A stretch of DNA of 64,000 bases from Penicillus capitatus (lineage: Eukaryota; Plantae; Chlorophyta): contig OZ287704.1 in NCBI GenBank assembly GCA_965649825.1, positions 468,201 through 532,200 of the forward strand. Direction: 5' to 3'. Of this stretch, positions 1 to 11,286 are shown in pieces. The notes below the pieces were generated by a model that was given only the letters and a program-made list of their open reading frames with translations, was not told the DNA's origin and ran no database searches. The first letter of the stretch is position 1; each line of letters opens with the position of its first letter. Made by a program: the position numbers and the translations under genes.

Positions 1-311
1 CGTCAATCGCCGCGCCGTCATCAGCCCGTAGAGAAACTGAACACTGCATCTGCACCGTCCACCCGCCTCCTCTGTCAACGGCGTCTCACCTGGAACCGTC
101 AATTCCTACCAGGCCGACGACGACCTGCATTCAGCCTCCGAGAGTCATCGAGAACCGGACGCGTCCGCCGCACCTTCGATCTGATGCGAAGGGATTCGAC
201 GTCGCTCATCTTTGGGATTGTCGCCCTGTTGCAGACGTCACATCGTTTGCTGCGCCATTTTCCTAACAGGCGTGTGCGTTCGTGCATGCGACGTTCCCTT
301 CTCACATTCCG

Positions 312-1529
312 ATGGATGCGCGAAGTGCCATTGTCGCCTATTTCGGCCTCCCCCACGTCCCCACGCTGCAGAATCGAAGACTATGGAGTCTGTCCGTCGC
401 CCTTTCGGTGACAGGATTCGGGCTGTACGCTCTGTACCAACAGGAGCGCATCCACGAATTCTCGACGAAGCTGCGGAGAGCCGTCCGAGCAGGACTCAAC
501 GCCGTGGACACCGTGTCGAGACTCGCCGAGATTTCTGGCACACTGGTCTCGGACATCCAAACCTACCTCGAATCCGACGCGAAGTGCATTCCGCGAAGCA
601 TCAGTCGAACGACGGAACTGATGACGACGCCAGAATTCCGAACGGCAGCCCGTTCCCTGGTGATGGCCTTCTTCGAAGGAATGGCCGTCAGTGGTGGCGA
701 CGAGACATCGTTGAAGAGTCACGACGTCCTGGAGAATCTCGTCGAGCGCGTCATCGTTCGGGCAACGCGGCGTCCTGATCTGCTGTCGCTCGCGATTCGG
801 CTGGCCACTCGACACGGCGCGGAGGAGCTGCTGCAGGTCCTCAGCGATTTCAAATCGCCTCTGATCGGCAGCCAGACGGGCCACGCGTCGACGCCGATCG
901 ATCTCATGCTCTCGCTCATGTCGACCCCAAACGGCCGATGCGTCATGTCGTCCATCGTCACGGCGTTCGCCTCCACGCTCGTGACGGTCGTGATCGAGAA
1001 GTCGCAAGGAGTGGATTCGTGGGACGAGATCTTCCGCGTCATCTCGCGTCCCAACAACATGCGATTCATCAGCCAACTGGCGGGCGTGTCGTCGAGGGAG
1101 TTCGCCCGATCCCTTGTCCACGCGCTGACGGACACGCGACCGCGGGGGAGCCAACACGTCCCGGTGTGTACGGAGATTCGGGCCGAGGTGGACTACCCCG
1201 TCCCTCCGGTCCCCACCCCCATCAGGCGTCCGCACTCCGAACCGCTGCTGCAGAGCGTGACAGCGGACACCGTGTCGTCTCTGGCGAAGTCCATAGCCGT
1301 GGTCGCTCAGGACGAAGATCACCGTCAGCTCTTCTACCAGTTCTGCGGACGGGCGTCCGCGGACCTTGCGAAGATCCTGCTGTCCGATTTCCTCAAGTGG
1401 TTCCATAGGAGGATCTGTACAGACTGCGTTGTTCATCTGGGCTCTCTGCTGTTCGAATTTCTCCTCTTCTGCGCCATTCCGCTGATCTACGTCATGTCGA
1501 CGAGTCTATCGATGGACGCCCGTCAGTGA
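312..1529 (+). CDS. PP2-A10: PHLOEM PROTEIN 2-LIKE A10-like membrane-associated protein, single exon
   Basis: The ORF track starts at a GTG (282); the first ATG is at 312. Motifs GFGLYALY, SDIQTYLESDAKCIPRSI..PEF and TLVTVVIEKSQGVDSWDEIF match my recollection of the plant PP2-A10 family. Hydrophobic C-terminus. Confidence 0.72.
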   Translation: MDARSAIVAYFGLPHVPTLQNRRLWSLSVALSVTGFGLYALYQQERIHEFSTKLRRAVRAGLNAVDTVSRLAEISGTLVSDIQTYLESDAKCIPRSISRTTELMTTPEFRTAARSLVMAFFEGMAVSGGDETSLKSHDVLENLVERVIVRATRRPDLLSLAIRLATRHGAEELLQVLSDFKSPLIGSQTGHASTPIDLMLSLMSTPNGRCVMSSIVTAFASTLVTVVIEKSQGVDSWDEIFRVISRPNNMRFISQLAGVSSREFARSLVHALTDTRPRGSQHVPVCTEIRAEVDYPVPPVPTPIRRPHSEPLLQSVTADTVSSLAKSIAVVAQDEDHRQLFYQFCGRASADLAKILLSDFLKWFHRRICTDCVVHLGSLLFEFLLFCAIPLIYVMSTSLSMDARQ

Positions 1530-1647
1530 CAGACAGCAAACAAACGAAGCACTCGCTCGGGAAGACGGAACCCGTTGATGCGAAGGGTTCCGTCTGCAAG
1601 TTGGTTGGTACATGCGTTTTTGCCTCACTTACTAGCAGAGACTGTTC

Positions 1648-2327
1648 TTACACGAGTTCAATACTGGACATCTCTGCATTGTCACCGCGCCGACGTTTGA
1701 TCTCCTTCTTGATGCGTGTAAAGCCGGAGTTGCGATCGGCGTATCTTTCAGGGACTTTCTCGAAGAGGCTTCTGACGAGTGCCTGATCGTAGATGAACGC
1801 CAGAGCCTGTCTTCGCGCATGGAGGTCTCCCCGTTTTGCCAGGCCGATCATTTTGTCCACATAGGAACGAATGGCTTTGGCCTTGGGCTGCGCAGCAGGG
1901 GAACCTGTGAACGATGGGTGGATCGGATCGATAGGGAGTACCGTAGTGGTCTTGATCTTTCCGTGACGGAGGATTTCTGTAACGAGACCTCGAATCAAAG
2001 CCTTCCGCTGATCCGCCGGACGGCCGAGCTTCTTGACCCTGCGCCTGTGACGCATGGCGAAGACGGTGGCGCCATTCGAAACGACGCTCGGCAGCGCGTG
2101 TTCGACGACTGCAACAGCGAACGCTCGAAGACCCGACGCGATAGCCGACGAGTCTCTCTACCTGGTTCGCAGGTCAGGAGGGATCCGTGCGTGTGCAGGC
2201 CGTCGTAGGCGATGAGGCTGCCGCGAAGGGCTTTGGCGGGAGCGAGCCTGCTCCTTGTCAGCGTACTGCAGGAGAGACGCGACGGCAGTGCCAGCTGCAG
2301 CGGCTTGGAGGCGGTGAAGACTGACAT
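1648..2327 (-). CDS. rpl17: Plastid 50S ribosomal protein L17 with transit peptide; exons 2327-2162, 2108-1942, 1887-1648
   Basis: [67 protein letters not shown] is canonical L17. Two GT-AG introns (53 and 54 nt) give 573 nt in frame, with a Ser/Arg-rich N-terminal extension. Confidence 0.97.
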
Positions 2328-3048
2328 CCTTCAGACGGATCGATCTCGCTCGTCTGCTGCGGAAATCGATTAATGATCCGTAGACGTCGAAATGGTTCGA
2401 CCGCACTTCAGGTTCGTCCCCTTCGCTCGATCGCCTCTGCCATCCGCGTCTCGACTGCCACTCTCAGATACGTCGTCATGGAGGCCGTCACGCGGCAGGG
2501 AAATCGACGAATCGGTTTGCTGAAGCGGACGGACGTCTCTCGATTGAGTGATGCGTCCAGGGTCGTCAGATCTGTCGCAGGCGATGCGTCGATCGATTCG
2601 AGAGCGCATCGGCGAATGTGGCGCCGGACTCTCGCACTTCAAAGGTGTCCTCTTCGCTTCGCGTCTCGTCGAGGAGCAGACCTTGTGTGACGCAGTGCTG
2701 CACTACCATCCCTTCTCGGGACTCTGCATCGTCCGATGTGCGAGAGATCGACACAGAGAGGTGCCAGCGGACCACATCGGCGATCCAGAACCGAATCAAT
2801 GGTGTGATCTCTGCAGGTCTGCGATGCCTGCTGTGCAGTGAAGCACGTTGGATTCGAAGACATCGAGATCAGACACGTCAAGACCTCGGGTCGTCTCGAT
2901 TTCTCCCCTTCCTTCTCTTGTGGACATCTCGCTTAACGAGGCAGGTCGGTTCGCGAACTGTCGTGGATTTGTCTATCACTCTACCCAAGCCCGTCGCAAA
3001 CACATCCGCATGAGCGACAAAGTGCGCGTCTCTGCACTTTCCTTTTTC

Positions 3049-3490
3049 ATCGAATGCTACACTGTTCAGGAAACAAAAGAGTTCGATGCTCTGCAGCAGA
3101 CTCTCGTGCAGCTGCGTTTCTGAACGTCGTCGCACTGTCTTCTATGACGGAGGGATTTTCTGACAAGTCGTCTCTGTCACCATCGAGCGTTTCCTTTCGT
3201 TCCGCTCTCGCGAGTGTCGTGACAGTGCAGCCATATGACGGCGTCTGAATCGGAGGCGATTGTTCCCTATGCGTCTCTCGTCTTGGAGTTCACCGTCGCT
3301 CTCCTAATTTTTTGCCTATCCACCTCGACCTGCGTCAGCGCCTCGTATAAAGAAGTGTCTGCAGATTTCTCACTCTAGCGCGAGTGGCAATCGCCAAGCG
3401 ACTCGACGCGCCATCTTGCCAGGGTAGAACGCGTCTATCCTTTCGCAAGAGACCACCCTTCAGAAATCACTTTCCTGTTCCATCTATATC
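3049..3490 (+). pseudogene. Decayed inverted copy of the ankyrin-gene 3' end, the spacer, and STE24 exon 1, intron 1 and exon 2
   Basis: IECYT.QET.EFDALQQTLVQLRF* (3049-3123) and ATG 3235 MTASESEAIVPYASLVLEFTVA align to the reverse complement of about 39985-40420. Frameshifted after about 23 codons. Confidence 0.85.
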
Positions 3491-3828
3491 GCAAACAGAG
3501 GCATCCACTATCAATTCTCAATAGCAGGACACCGAATCCGACAGACCACTCGACGTGATGTTTGATTGGAAAGCGACGCGCAGAGCAGCAGATCGCGACC
3601 ATATATCCACGGCATCCATCTTCAAAGCGTCTGTCTATCTATCCCAGATGCATCGTCGTTAATGGGCCGATGTGACGATTCGTTCTCGATGACACGTCGC
3701 GGAAGTCGTTGCTTCCTAAGGCCAGAACACAGCTTCCGTTCTACAGAGGGAGATTCTTCACCGAAGGCGTTTTCCAAAGCAGAGCGCCGTCGCGTCGGCG
3801 TGCAAGGTCGACTGTGAGATTCCAGCCT

Positions 3829-4437
3829 ATGGATCGGCGATGCTCTTCGAAAGACTGCTCTGGGTGCGGTCGTCGGAGACCCAAGACGCATTTTGCCCGC
3901 AACACCCGTGATGCCTCCGGTCTGCAGCCCTGGTGCAGAAGCTGCCATCGAAGGTACCTGTCTAAGAAGCCCAAGGTCTTGGCGCCAACTGTCCACGACA
4001 AGCGTTGCTCGACCTGCCAGAAGATAAAATCCGTCCGGTACTTCAACAAGGACATCAGTAAGCCGTCAGGGGTCCGGTCCCAGTGCAATGCCTGTCGAAG
4101 CGAGCAACGCCATGCGCAGCGTCACGCCGATCGGCGTCGTCTCCATCGCTCTGAAGAATCGCGCGGTGCGCAAAAACCGAACCAAAAGAAGCGAAAGAGA
4201 CAGGCGAATGCGCCAGACGACAGTGCAAGGGGCAAGGAGACGTCAGTCGTGCCTCCGACGGAGTCTACGGTCGCCTCCAGACAACGAGATCTTCGTGCGG
4301 AAGTCCAGAGATCTGACGTCGCCAAGACGCCGGCCACGATGCGACATTGTTTCTGTTCTCTGTCGCCGTCTGAGATGCGACTGGCAGCTCTGTTAACAGT
4401 GGCCGATTACGAGTCAACGAAGTCTGTCTGCCTTTAA
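3829..4437 (+). CDS. Protein with two tandem C4 zinc-finger repeats (CxxC-x3-K/R-x4-F-x8-G-x4-CxxC) and a basic low-complexity tail
   Basis: CSGCGRRRPKTHFARNTRDASGLQPWCRSC and CSTCQKIKSVRYFNKDISKPSGVRSQCNAC. First ATG at 3829. The ORF is kept open in the second copy. Confidence 0.6.
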   Translation: MDRRCSSKDCSGCGRRRPKTHFARNTRDASGLQPWCRSCHRRYLSKKPKVLAPTVHDKRCSTCQKIKSVRYFNKDISKPSGVRSQCNACRSEQRHAQRHADRRRLHRSEESRGAQKPNQKKRKRQANAPDDSARGKETSVVPPTESTVASRQRDLRAEVQRSDVAKTPATMRHCFCSLSPSEMRLAALLTVADYESTKSVCL

Positions 4438-4921
4438 CCGACCCTTTTCTTTTTGACGTGACGTTTGCGTCTTGCCGGCAGTGGCTAGCTAACTCGCACC
4501 GTGACACCGCGTTCGTTTGACAAGCAGACCAACACGGACCGAAGTCACATCGGCAGTGAAGGTGTTGCCTTGTATTCTGATTGACGCATTCCGAGTTTCT
4601 TTGCTGACACGAATAGTCGAAGCTCTCTCTGCAGTTTGTGCAATACTTGACTAGAGATGATCCCCTGGAAGATCCACGAGAGTCCTTCAACAGAGGTCGA
4701 GCGATGTCGACATCCATGTCGGCACACGCAGTCCTGCTCATCGGCGTCATCGATCGAATCTTATTCGCAAGAGCTTCAAAGTGTGCGGCAGATAAGCGTC
4801 CATAACTTGACTTCTTTGGGAACCATTACTCCTTGCGAAAGACCGATGGATGCGTCCTCTAATAGGGCCGATGCATTTGTCGGAGGCGATGGATGAACGA
4901 TTCGAGAACTCTGGCCAACGA

Positions 4922-4926
4922 TTACA
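4922..4926 (-). promoter_or_regulatory. Possible TGTAA polyadenylation signal of SPF27
   Basis: TGTAA lies 24 nt downstream of the SPF27 stop and is the known chlorophyte poly(A) signal. A 5-mer can occur by chance. Confidence 0.25.
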
Positions 4927-4949
4927 TGTCGCGATCGCATGGTGCCCTC

Positions 4950-5830
4950 TCACTGACTCTCTTGTGTCTCCCTGCAGAACCCGGTTTTATCGTTTACGAA
5001 AACCAACAAATGTACCCCTTTTGGAGCCGCGACCGAAGCTCTTCTATTGCCCTTCTCTTTGCTTCGCACACTTGCAAGATCTCAAAGTTCTTCCGGATCA
5101 GATGGTGCCACTCCCTGTCCAGCTTGGCCAACTTCTTTCCCACTTCCATCTGAAAAAACGTCGTTCGTCCTTTGGGGATAGTCAGTCGGCTTTCATCTGA
5201 CCTGCGAAAGCTTCCTCTTCTTGTTGATCTCGGCAATCTGCTCCTTCGAACTCGAGAGAGCGTTCCTGTACTCGTCATCGACTCTATGTGACTGCTCGTT
5301 CGCTTTCTTCCAGACAGCTGGCGCGAACTTCAGTTCCAGTTCCAGGTTCAGCGTCCTGTATTTGGCCAGCCCCTTTCTGCGTAACGTCGGAATTTGACGC
5401 TGGGCATCACCTCAGTCTCTGATTCTCCAGCTGAGCTTGGGCGTTGCGCAATGTCCATCCCCATGCATCCGGATCATTCTGCCAGTCGAGAGGCGGCTCC
5501 GGCAGCGCGTACCTGTCAGCAGATGCCTGTCATGTGAACGGGGTCTGCATTTGGCCGACCTCTGAGTGTCTAGGCTTTCCATCGCTTTTCCGTTCTTGAC
5601 TCTCTTGTACTCGGTCTGGAGCGCTTCGGACCCGCCGAAGGAAGGCTGGCCGATCGGCGACATGCCATTCAGGTAGTCTTTCGGTTTCTTTTCGCTCTTC
5701 TCCTTCTGAAGGGTTCCTTTTTAGCGGCGAATCGAATCATCCAGCAGACGCGCACCTCTTCGGCTATGAGCCGGTCGACCTGCTCCTGCTCCTCTCGTGT
5801 TATGGTGTCGATGTAGGGCAGGGCGTCCAT
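4950..5830 (-). CDS. SPF27: Pre-mRNA splicing factor SPF27/BCAS2/MOS4; exons 5830-5756, 5705-5560, 5512-5411, 5355-5202, 5149-5016, 4971-4950
   Basis: The spliced product MDALPYID...LIAEE..KPKDYL..EYKRVKNGKAMESLDTQRY.LP.PP..D..AW...NAQAQLENQ..RTLNLEL..INKKRK..KL..L..EW..L..KNFEI carries the BCAS2 motifs in order. Five GT-AG introns of 44-55 nt. The ORF track misses this gene as a unit. Confidence 0.93.
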
Positions 5831-5907
5831 CGCACGGCTTTACAAAAGACACGCGTGTCCAATCGCTCGCGGACTTATGATGCAACAAATCAAGAATGAT
5901 TCGTTCG

Positions 5908-7199
5908 TCACACGTGCGCGATAGCAACAGGATCCAGGTATTGAATATATCGAGATGCCGTCACACGCGTCAACCGGAGACGGGCGTTGCAGGTTCTGCT
6001 ATCCTCGAACAGACGAGCTTCGACTAGTCTGGCTCCAGCACAAAGAGATTTCGCACATTGGTACAGGAGTTGTGTCTCACGGAGAGGGATGTTCGTGTCG
6101 AAGTCTCTCTCGTCTGCCTCAGCTGCGGTGGATGCATCTCACAGTGATAGAGGCTTCGCAATCGCCACATAAGCGGTAGTCTGGATTGGATTACGATTAC
6201 TGAGGATTCGTTCATCCTATTGCAAAGACTCCGAATCGCACTTTCGTCGTTGATCACACTTCTTCGAGACAGAAGGGGAATGTCTATCGACTCGAGAAGA
6301 AAAGATGGATGGAATCGGAAAGGATTGGCACTTCCGAGAAAAAGCTGTACACGGGAGGATTCTTGGATCTGTGTACGAATGTATGCCCTATGCATTGGGA
6401 GCGTGCACCCGAACATCGTTTCACAGTCAAGTGTATCACTGTTCACCTCGAAGCGACTGACGGTCTGGTGCATCCAGGAAGCACACCTGTTCTATGCAGA
6501 CAGCACAGTGGCCCTTCAGCGCTATTCGACTAGTAAACGAAATCAATTGATTTGGTTACAAATTATGTACGGAGTTGATTAACATGCGGATCCGGTGTCA
6601 TTCCTTTATCTGCAAGTACCTTTTTGTGATCATGTATTTCCTGCGTACTGGCATAAGAGGTTGTCCCCATCTCGAATCCTCTGATCTCGGATAGGAGTCT
6701 GCACCAATGTCTTCGTACCTCATGTCCATCTAGTCCAAGTGCCACCACAGGGTTGTGCAGCATATTAGTCTCGCCAGCGAGAATCAGCTAATTCTCACCA
6801 AAGGTATGTCTTCGAGCGACTGTCGTGTTTGAGCGATCCATTATTCCCATCACTAACACGACAGCCGTTAAGGGATTGGCAGAGAGAGTGGCGACATTGC
6901 CGCCTACCTTCCAACCCTCCAGACCGGCATTATGTTGGTTAGAACAAAGTGTAGGAGGCATTCGGTCGTGGATCCGGTCGATGAGGAGGTCCCTCGGATT
7001 TAAGGATCCGTTCGACGAGTTCGAGTCTCGCGGATCTTCGCGGCGGGACTGTCATGACACCGTCCCTACGGTTGACGGTACCGCAGACGGATGATACCTT
7101 TTCAATCGCTGCGGCGTTCGGACCATTGTCGATTTTCGGTTTCCGAATTGACAGCCTTTGCCAAATCTTCGGCGAACTTTTCTTCAACTGCGAACGCAC
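5908..7199 (-). pseudogene. Unidentified decayed gene ('gene X'), copy 1
   Basis: Fragmented coding-like frames. TGA at 6141-6139 where copy 2 has TGG. Diverged homology to about 35300-35810. Confidence 0.4.
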
Positions 7200-7211
7200 T
7201 CTCGAAGCATC

Positions 7212-8784
7212 ATGACGAACAAGCGCACGCGCGGTGGTCCTCGAAAGGAGTCACCGACTGAACAACGCAAAAGGGCCAGAGAAGCGACGATGTTCGAACA
7301 CGTGAGCCGCGTCTGTAGACTCGGAGTCCCTCCTCAGAACGCTGGGTGTCGGAACGCAGGTCGTCGGAGCTCTGCTCTACCTCTGGGGGAGCAACGCCTT
7401 CGGTCAGCTGGGTTTTGGAGATACGATCATGGAACGCGTCCGTCCAGCCCTCTCCGCCTTCGAGAAGAAGGTGCGCCCGGTTCCGCTTCTCGTTCGTCGG
7501 ACCTCTAACCGTCTTCCTTCTCGCGATCCAGGTGATGGACGTGGCAACTGGCGGCATGCACACCGTCGTGCTTCTGGAAGACGGGACTCTCTGGAGCGCC
7601 GGTGTGAACGACGACGGGGCCCTTGGACGCGAAACGGCAATCGACGAGAACGGGGATCCCGTGCCCGACAAAGACGCCACGCACTTCGGCCAGATCGCCA
7701 TGCCCAGAAGCGCTGCCCCGGTGGTGCAGTTGGCGTGCAGCGACAGTGCATCCTTTGCCTTGACCCTCGACGGCAGCGTCTACGGCTGGGGCGCTTACCG
7801 CAACGAACACGGCGTGTTTGGATTCTCGGAGTGGGTGAAGTGCCAGGCGACGCCCGTCAGAGTCTACGTTCCCGGCGGACGCAAGGCGCCGGTGACCAAG
7901 ATCGCAGCCGGGGCCAACCACGTCGTCGGCATCCTCAAGGTACGTTTCGGCGATCGACCGTCTCGGTGTGTAAGGGTTATGTTTGGCACACAGGACGGAG
8001 GAGCCATCTCATGGGGCGATGGCGACCAGGGACAGCTAGGACGCGTCTCTCTGCGCCACTCGCGCCGTCCGAACATCATCCGCCGCACGATGCTCACTCC
8101 CACGAAGATCGCCGGATGTCGATCGATGGAGTTCTCGGACGTCTTCTGCGGGGAGTACTCGACGTTCCTCAGGGCGACGAACGGACACTTCTTCGCTTTC
8201 GGACTCAACAACTGCTGTCAGCTGGCGATCCCCCACCCCAGAACGCTCAGCAACGAGGACACCCAGACGCCAGAGTCGAGAGCGAGCAACCTGGTGACCC
8301 TGCTGAAGCCGACCTGGGTGGAGGCCTTCCGGACTCTGGACATCCTCAAGGTGGCTCCGGGAAAGGACCACGGAATCGCCGTCAGCGAAGCTGGATGTGT
8401 CTACTCGTGGGGCGTGCCGACATACGGAGTACTGGGACGCGCCAACATGGTGGAACTGGTCGGCGACACGACTCCATTCCCAGTTCCAGATATGGTGAGC
8501 GGACTGGAGGAGAAGACGATCGTAGACGTCGCATCGGGACAGGTGCGTGTTCCATCTTTGTGACACTTGACGTTTACGTTTGTTGTGCTTAGGTGATCTC
8601 CGGCTGCATCGACAGCGCCGGAGATTTGTACACTTGGGGAGCGGCCATCAACGATATGTTGGGCCACCAAGTGAACGATGATCTTCTCCTGCCTCGGAAG
8701 GTACCGAGGACGAAGCACACCGAGGGGAAGACATTTAGGGCACTTAGATTTGGCGGGCAGCATTGCGCCATGATGGCGGATTAG
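7212..8784 (+). CDS. RCC1: RCC1 (Ran GEF)-like 7-bladed propeller with basic N-terminal tail; exons 7212-7301, 7360-7470, 7532-7939, 7994-8542, 8593-8784
   Basis: Seven blade motifs (WGSNAFGQLG, GVNDDGALGR, WGAYRNEHG, WGDGDQGQLGR, FGLNNCCQL, WGVPTYGVLGR, WGAAINDMLG), plus GGMHT, a terminal GGQH and an NLS-like N-terminus. All four introns are phase 0, GT-AG. Confidence 0.9.
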
Positions 8785-11286
8785 CCAGGATGGCCTAGAT
8801 GAGTTTATTACTTGTAGGACATTTCTGTTTAAAAGTTCATTTTAATCTGCAAAGTCCCGACGCGGGAAGGACAACGATACGCATCTATTGTGTCATTTGT
8901 GAAAATCGAACGCGTCGCCGCTATCGTTTCTATTGCCAATGGCTTTGTTGTGACAATCGGACAAGCCGTGGTTACAGACCGTATACGCTAATTCGTAAGG
9001 CTAAAGGGTGTATCCATTCGAGAGTTCTGCTCTCTAAGTACACCTCAATGCTTTTGTCGTTCGACAGTTACTCTAATCGTGTCCATGCGTGGATCGAACG
9101 AGGCAAGGGAGATGCATGCCTCCTAACGTGATCTACGCGTCCGGAACATGCGGGTTGAAGTGAAAACACCTTAAGAAGCAAATAGCGTCTCCACCACACG
9201 TCTATAAGACTCAGTCAGAGGATGGTGAGCATAATTCCTTCCTAAAGAGACAGCTCATACAACCTGTGACTATAAGAAATAAGAATTGAAGTGCGATTCG
9301 GATCTTCCTTATCATTTCTTGAGCCTTTACTGATTTCTGTCACGCTCAACAATCGACTTGTCATCGTGGCAGCACAATCTTTCGAACAAACCAACGCAAT
9401 TTGTGTTCCCAAACCAGAAAAAAGCACACAATGTAACAAAGTCATTAGAATCTTATCTCTGAAGATCATCTGTAGAAATCATAAACAGATGCTTTGGTCC
9501 ACTCATTGAAAGAAGACTTGCTCTCCTGGGAGCACCATGTCGATCATTACGGTTTGCGGCGGGAAGCAAACTGCCACATATCAAACAGCGAAAGATCTCG
9601 AAGAATCTCTGCTGACCGAATTCGGCGCTTGTCCCACGGGACAACATCACCGGTCATCAGGTGAGTCGGCGTTCGGCCCTCAACAGGTCCAGCTAGGGAT
9701 CGCAGCCAGACTTTGTCTGTCTAGCGATGCCGTGGACGGTTTTCCTCTTTTCATGTCTCGACTTGCCGAACGATACCCCACAATGTATTCAGCTCGTGAG
9801 ATTTCTCCCGTGCAAAAGCAACTGTGACTGACACGGGATCGTATAAACGTTGCATTACTTCCTTTGGCGTTCAAAGCTTGCCAACGTGCACGTTAAGGTC
9901 TCTTAAGTACGACCTCTTGATGGATTTGCATTTCTCCGTTGCAAAGGAACTGCTTCTGGTGTTATCAGTTGAGTTTTTTTCGTGCAGAAAGAGAAGCATC
10001 CTTTGATTCTACTTTCTCGGTCTCCATCTCGTTCAGTCGCCAAACAGTTCCGTTAATACACTGCTGTCCTCCTCCTACCGCGTGTGGCTGCAGAGTCTGC
10101 TCGCCATACGATCACATCCCAAAATTGATAACTGTTCCCTCGCAGATGTCAGCTGACAACACGCTCTAGCGCGGCTCAGAGTGAGTCAGCAAGGCCGACC
10201 TTGGTTGAACACAGGAAGTTCTGATCTTCCCCGCGACCTCGATCCGAGTGTGTCCTTGACCATCCGGCAGGACAGTTGTTCGAAACTGCCCTCCTGATCA
10301 AACGCAAAGCACATCGCTTGTCCAGGAAACTCGCTGCTGAAGTCCTCAGCCACCTCAGAGTTTGCACCCCGAAGGGTTCGATCTGGAACGCGCACTGCGA
10401 AGAGCGAGAGGGATCGGCCGCGGATCGATCTCTTGGGGGTTTGTGTTCAGCGCGCCAGTGATGGATGGATTCGTGAGAGATGCTTCCTTTGGCTTTCCTT
10501 CCATGATGTCAGCAATGGTACTTGCACTTGAAACAAACCTGGTAAGTGTTTTTTGGCCAACGTGATGCGAAGCCGAGACTCCGGCCGGATCTCTCACTGC
10601 GGAGCCAGTTAACATTCGGGTATGGAACACTGCCATGGTCTTTGGAAGGGCAGATTGTACAGTGAAGTTCGCTGTCTGGCCTAGATGAGCCGAATAGAGT
10701 GCATCAAGTATTCTATGTGGACAAATTGCACTTCACGTAGCCAATCAGTGGGCGAAGATGGAGCCGTTAGCCGGAGAACTAGGTTAAGCTTCTGTATTTC
10801 TGCGAAACACATCGGCATGAGGGCGCCGCTTCGTCAAACCAGTTGGGCACTCTTTGACAGAGTGGTTTCTTCGGACAACTTATGTACTCATATCCAGCTG
10901 TCGTCCTCTGGTGATAAGACAATGTCTAGAGGTTTTTCTCCCAAGGGATTTTGTCGACGCTCGATGATCGAGGACAAGCGGCGTCGAGATGCCACAGTGG
11001 GAACCATCTTCGCCGGTTTTCTCTGTGGCGTTGGCACCGGGTGCCTTCCAAAGGCCAACAGGGATGCAGCAGTGGATCGACGAATTGCCACGTGGGCAAC
11101 CGTTTGTTCCGAGATTGAAGGTCACGGATTTAAATGACAAGTACCCATTTACGGCATTCTGCTCACTCGTCGTTCTGCATTCGTGCATTTCGCAAACTCT
11201 CCTCGAGTCTTGCCGCTTCAAGCGACAGTACACGCGCCGCAAAGGCAAACGAAGCCGTACCTTACTCGCCGACGCACAGTTCGACC

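Larger units (their letters stand above)
3226..9607 (+). repeat. Segmental duplication, copy 1 (direct repeat of 57623-64000)
   Basis: Near-identical sequence at an offset of about 54,396. The same ORFs recur in the track (e.g. 3709/58105, 8593/62987). Confidence 0.97.

Noticed and set aside
381-1436. 351-aa minus-strand ORF, and similar long shadow ORFs (7429-8592, 11354-12253, 23115-23897, 31655-32551, 37142-38023, 55396-56322)
   Set aside because: These are antisense or off-frame shadows of identified GC3-rich genes, with no motifs of their own.
2373-3048. Gene divergent from rpl17, and similar unassigned short ORFs at 9.5-11.2, 14.6-16.9, 33.5-34.9, 38.0-38.6 and 49.5-51.3 kb
   Set aside because: No recognisable motif and no coherent splice model.
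4265-4750. Possible IBR/RBR zinc-finger remnant (CTNC...HLHCRCDFGPCWSAC)
   Set aside because: Spacing is only loosely IBR-like, copy 2 has a stop in this frame, and the ORF overlaps the convergent zinc-finger gene. It cannot be supported without a profile search.
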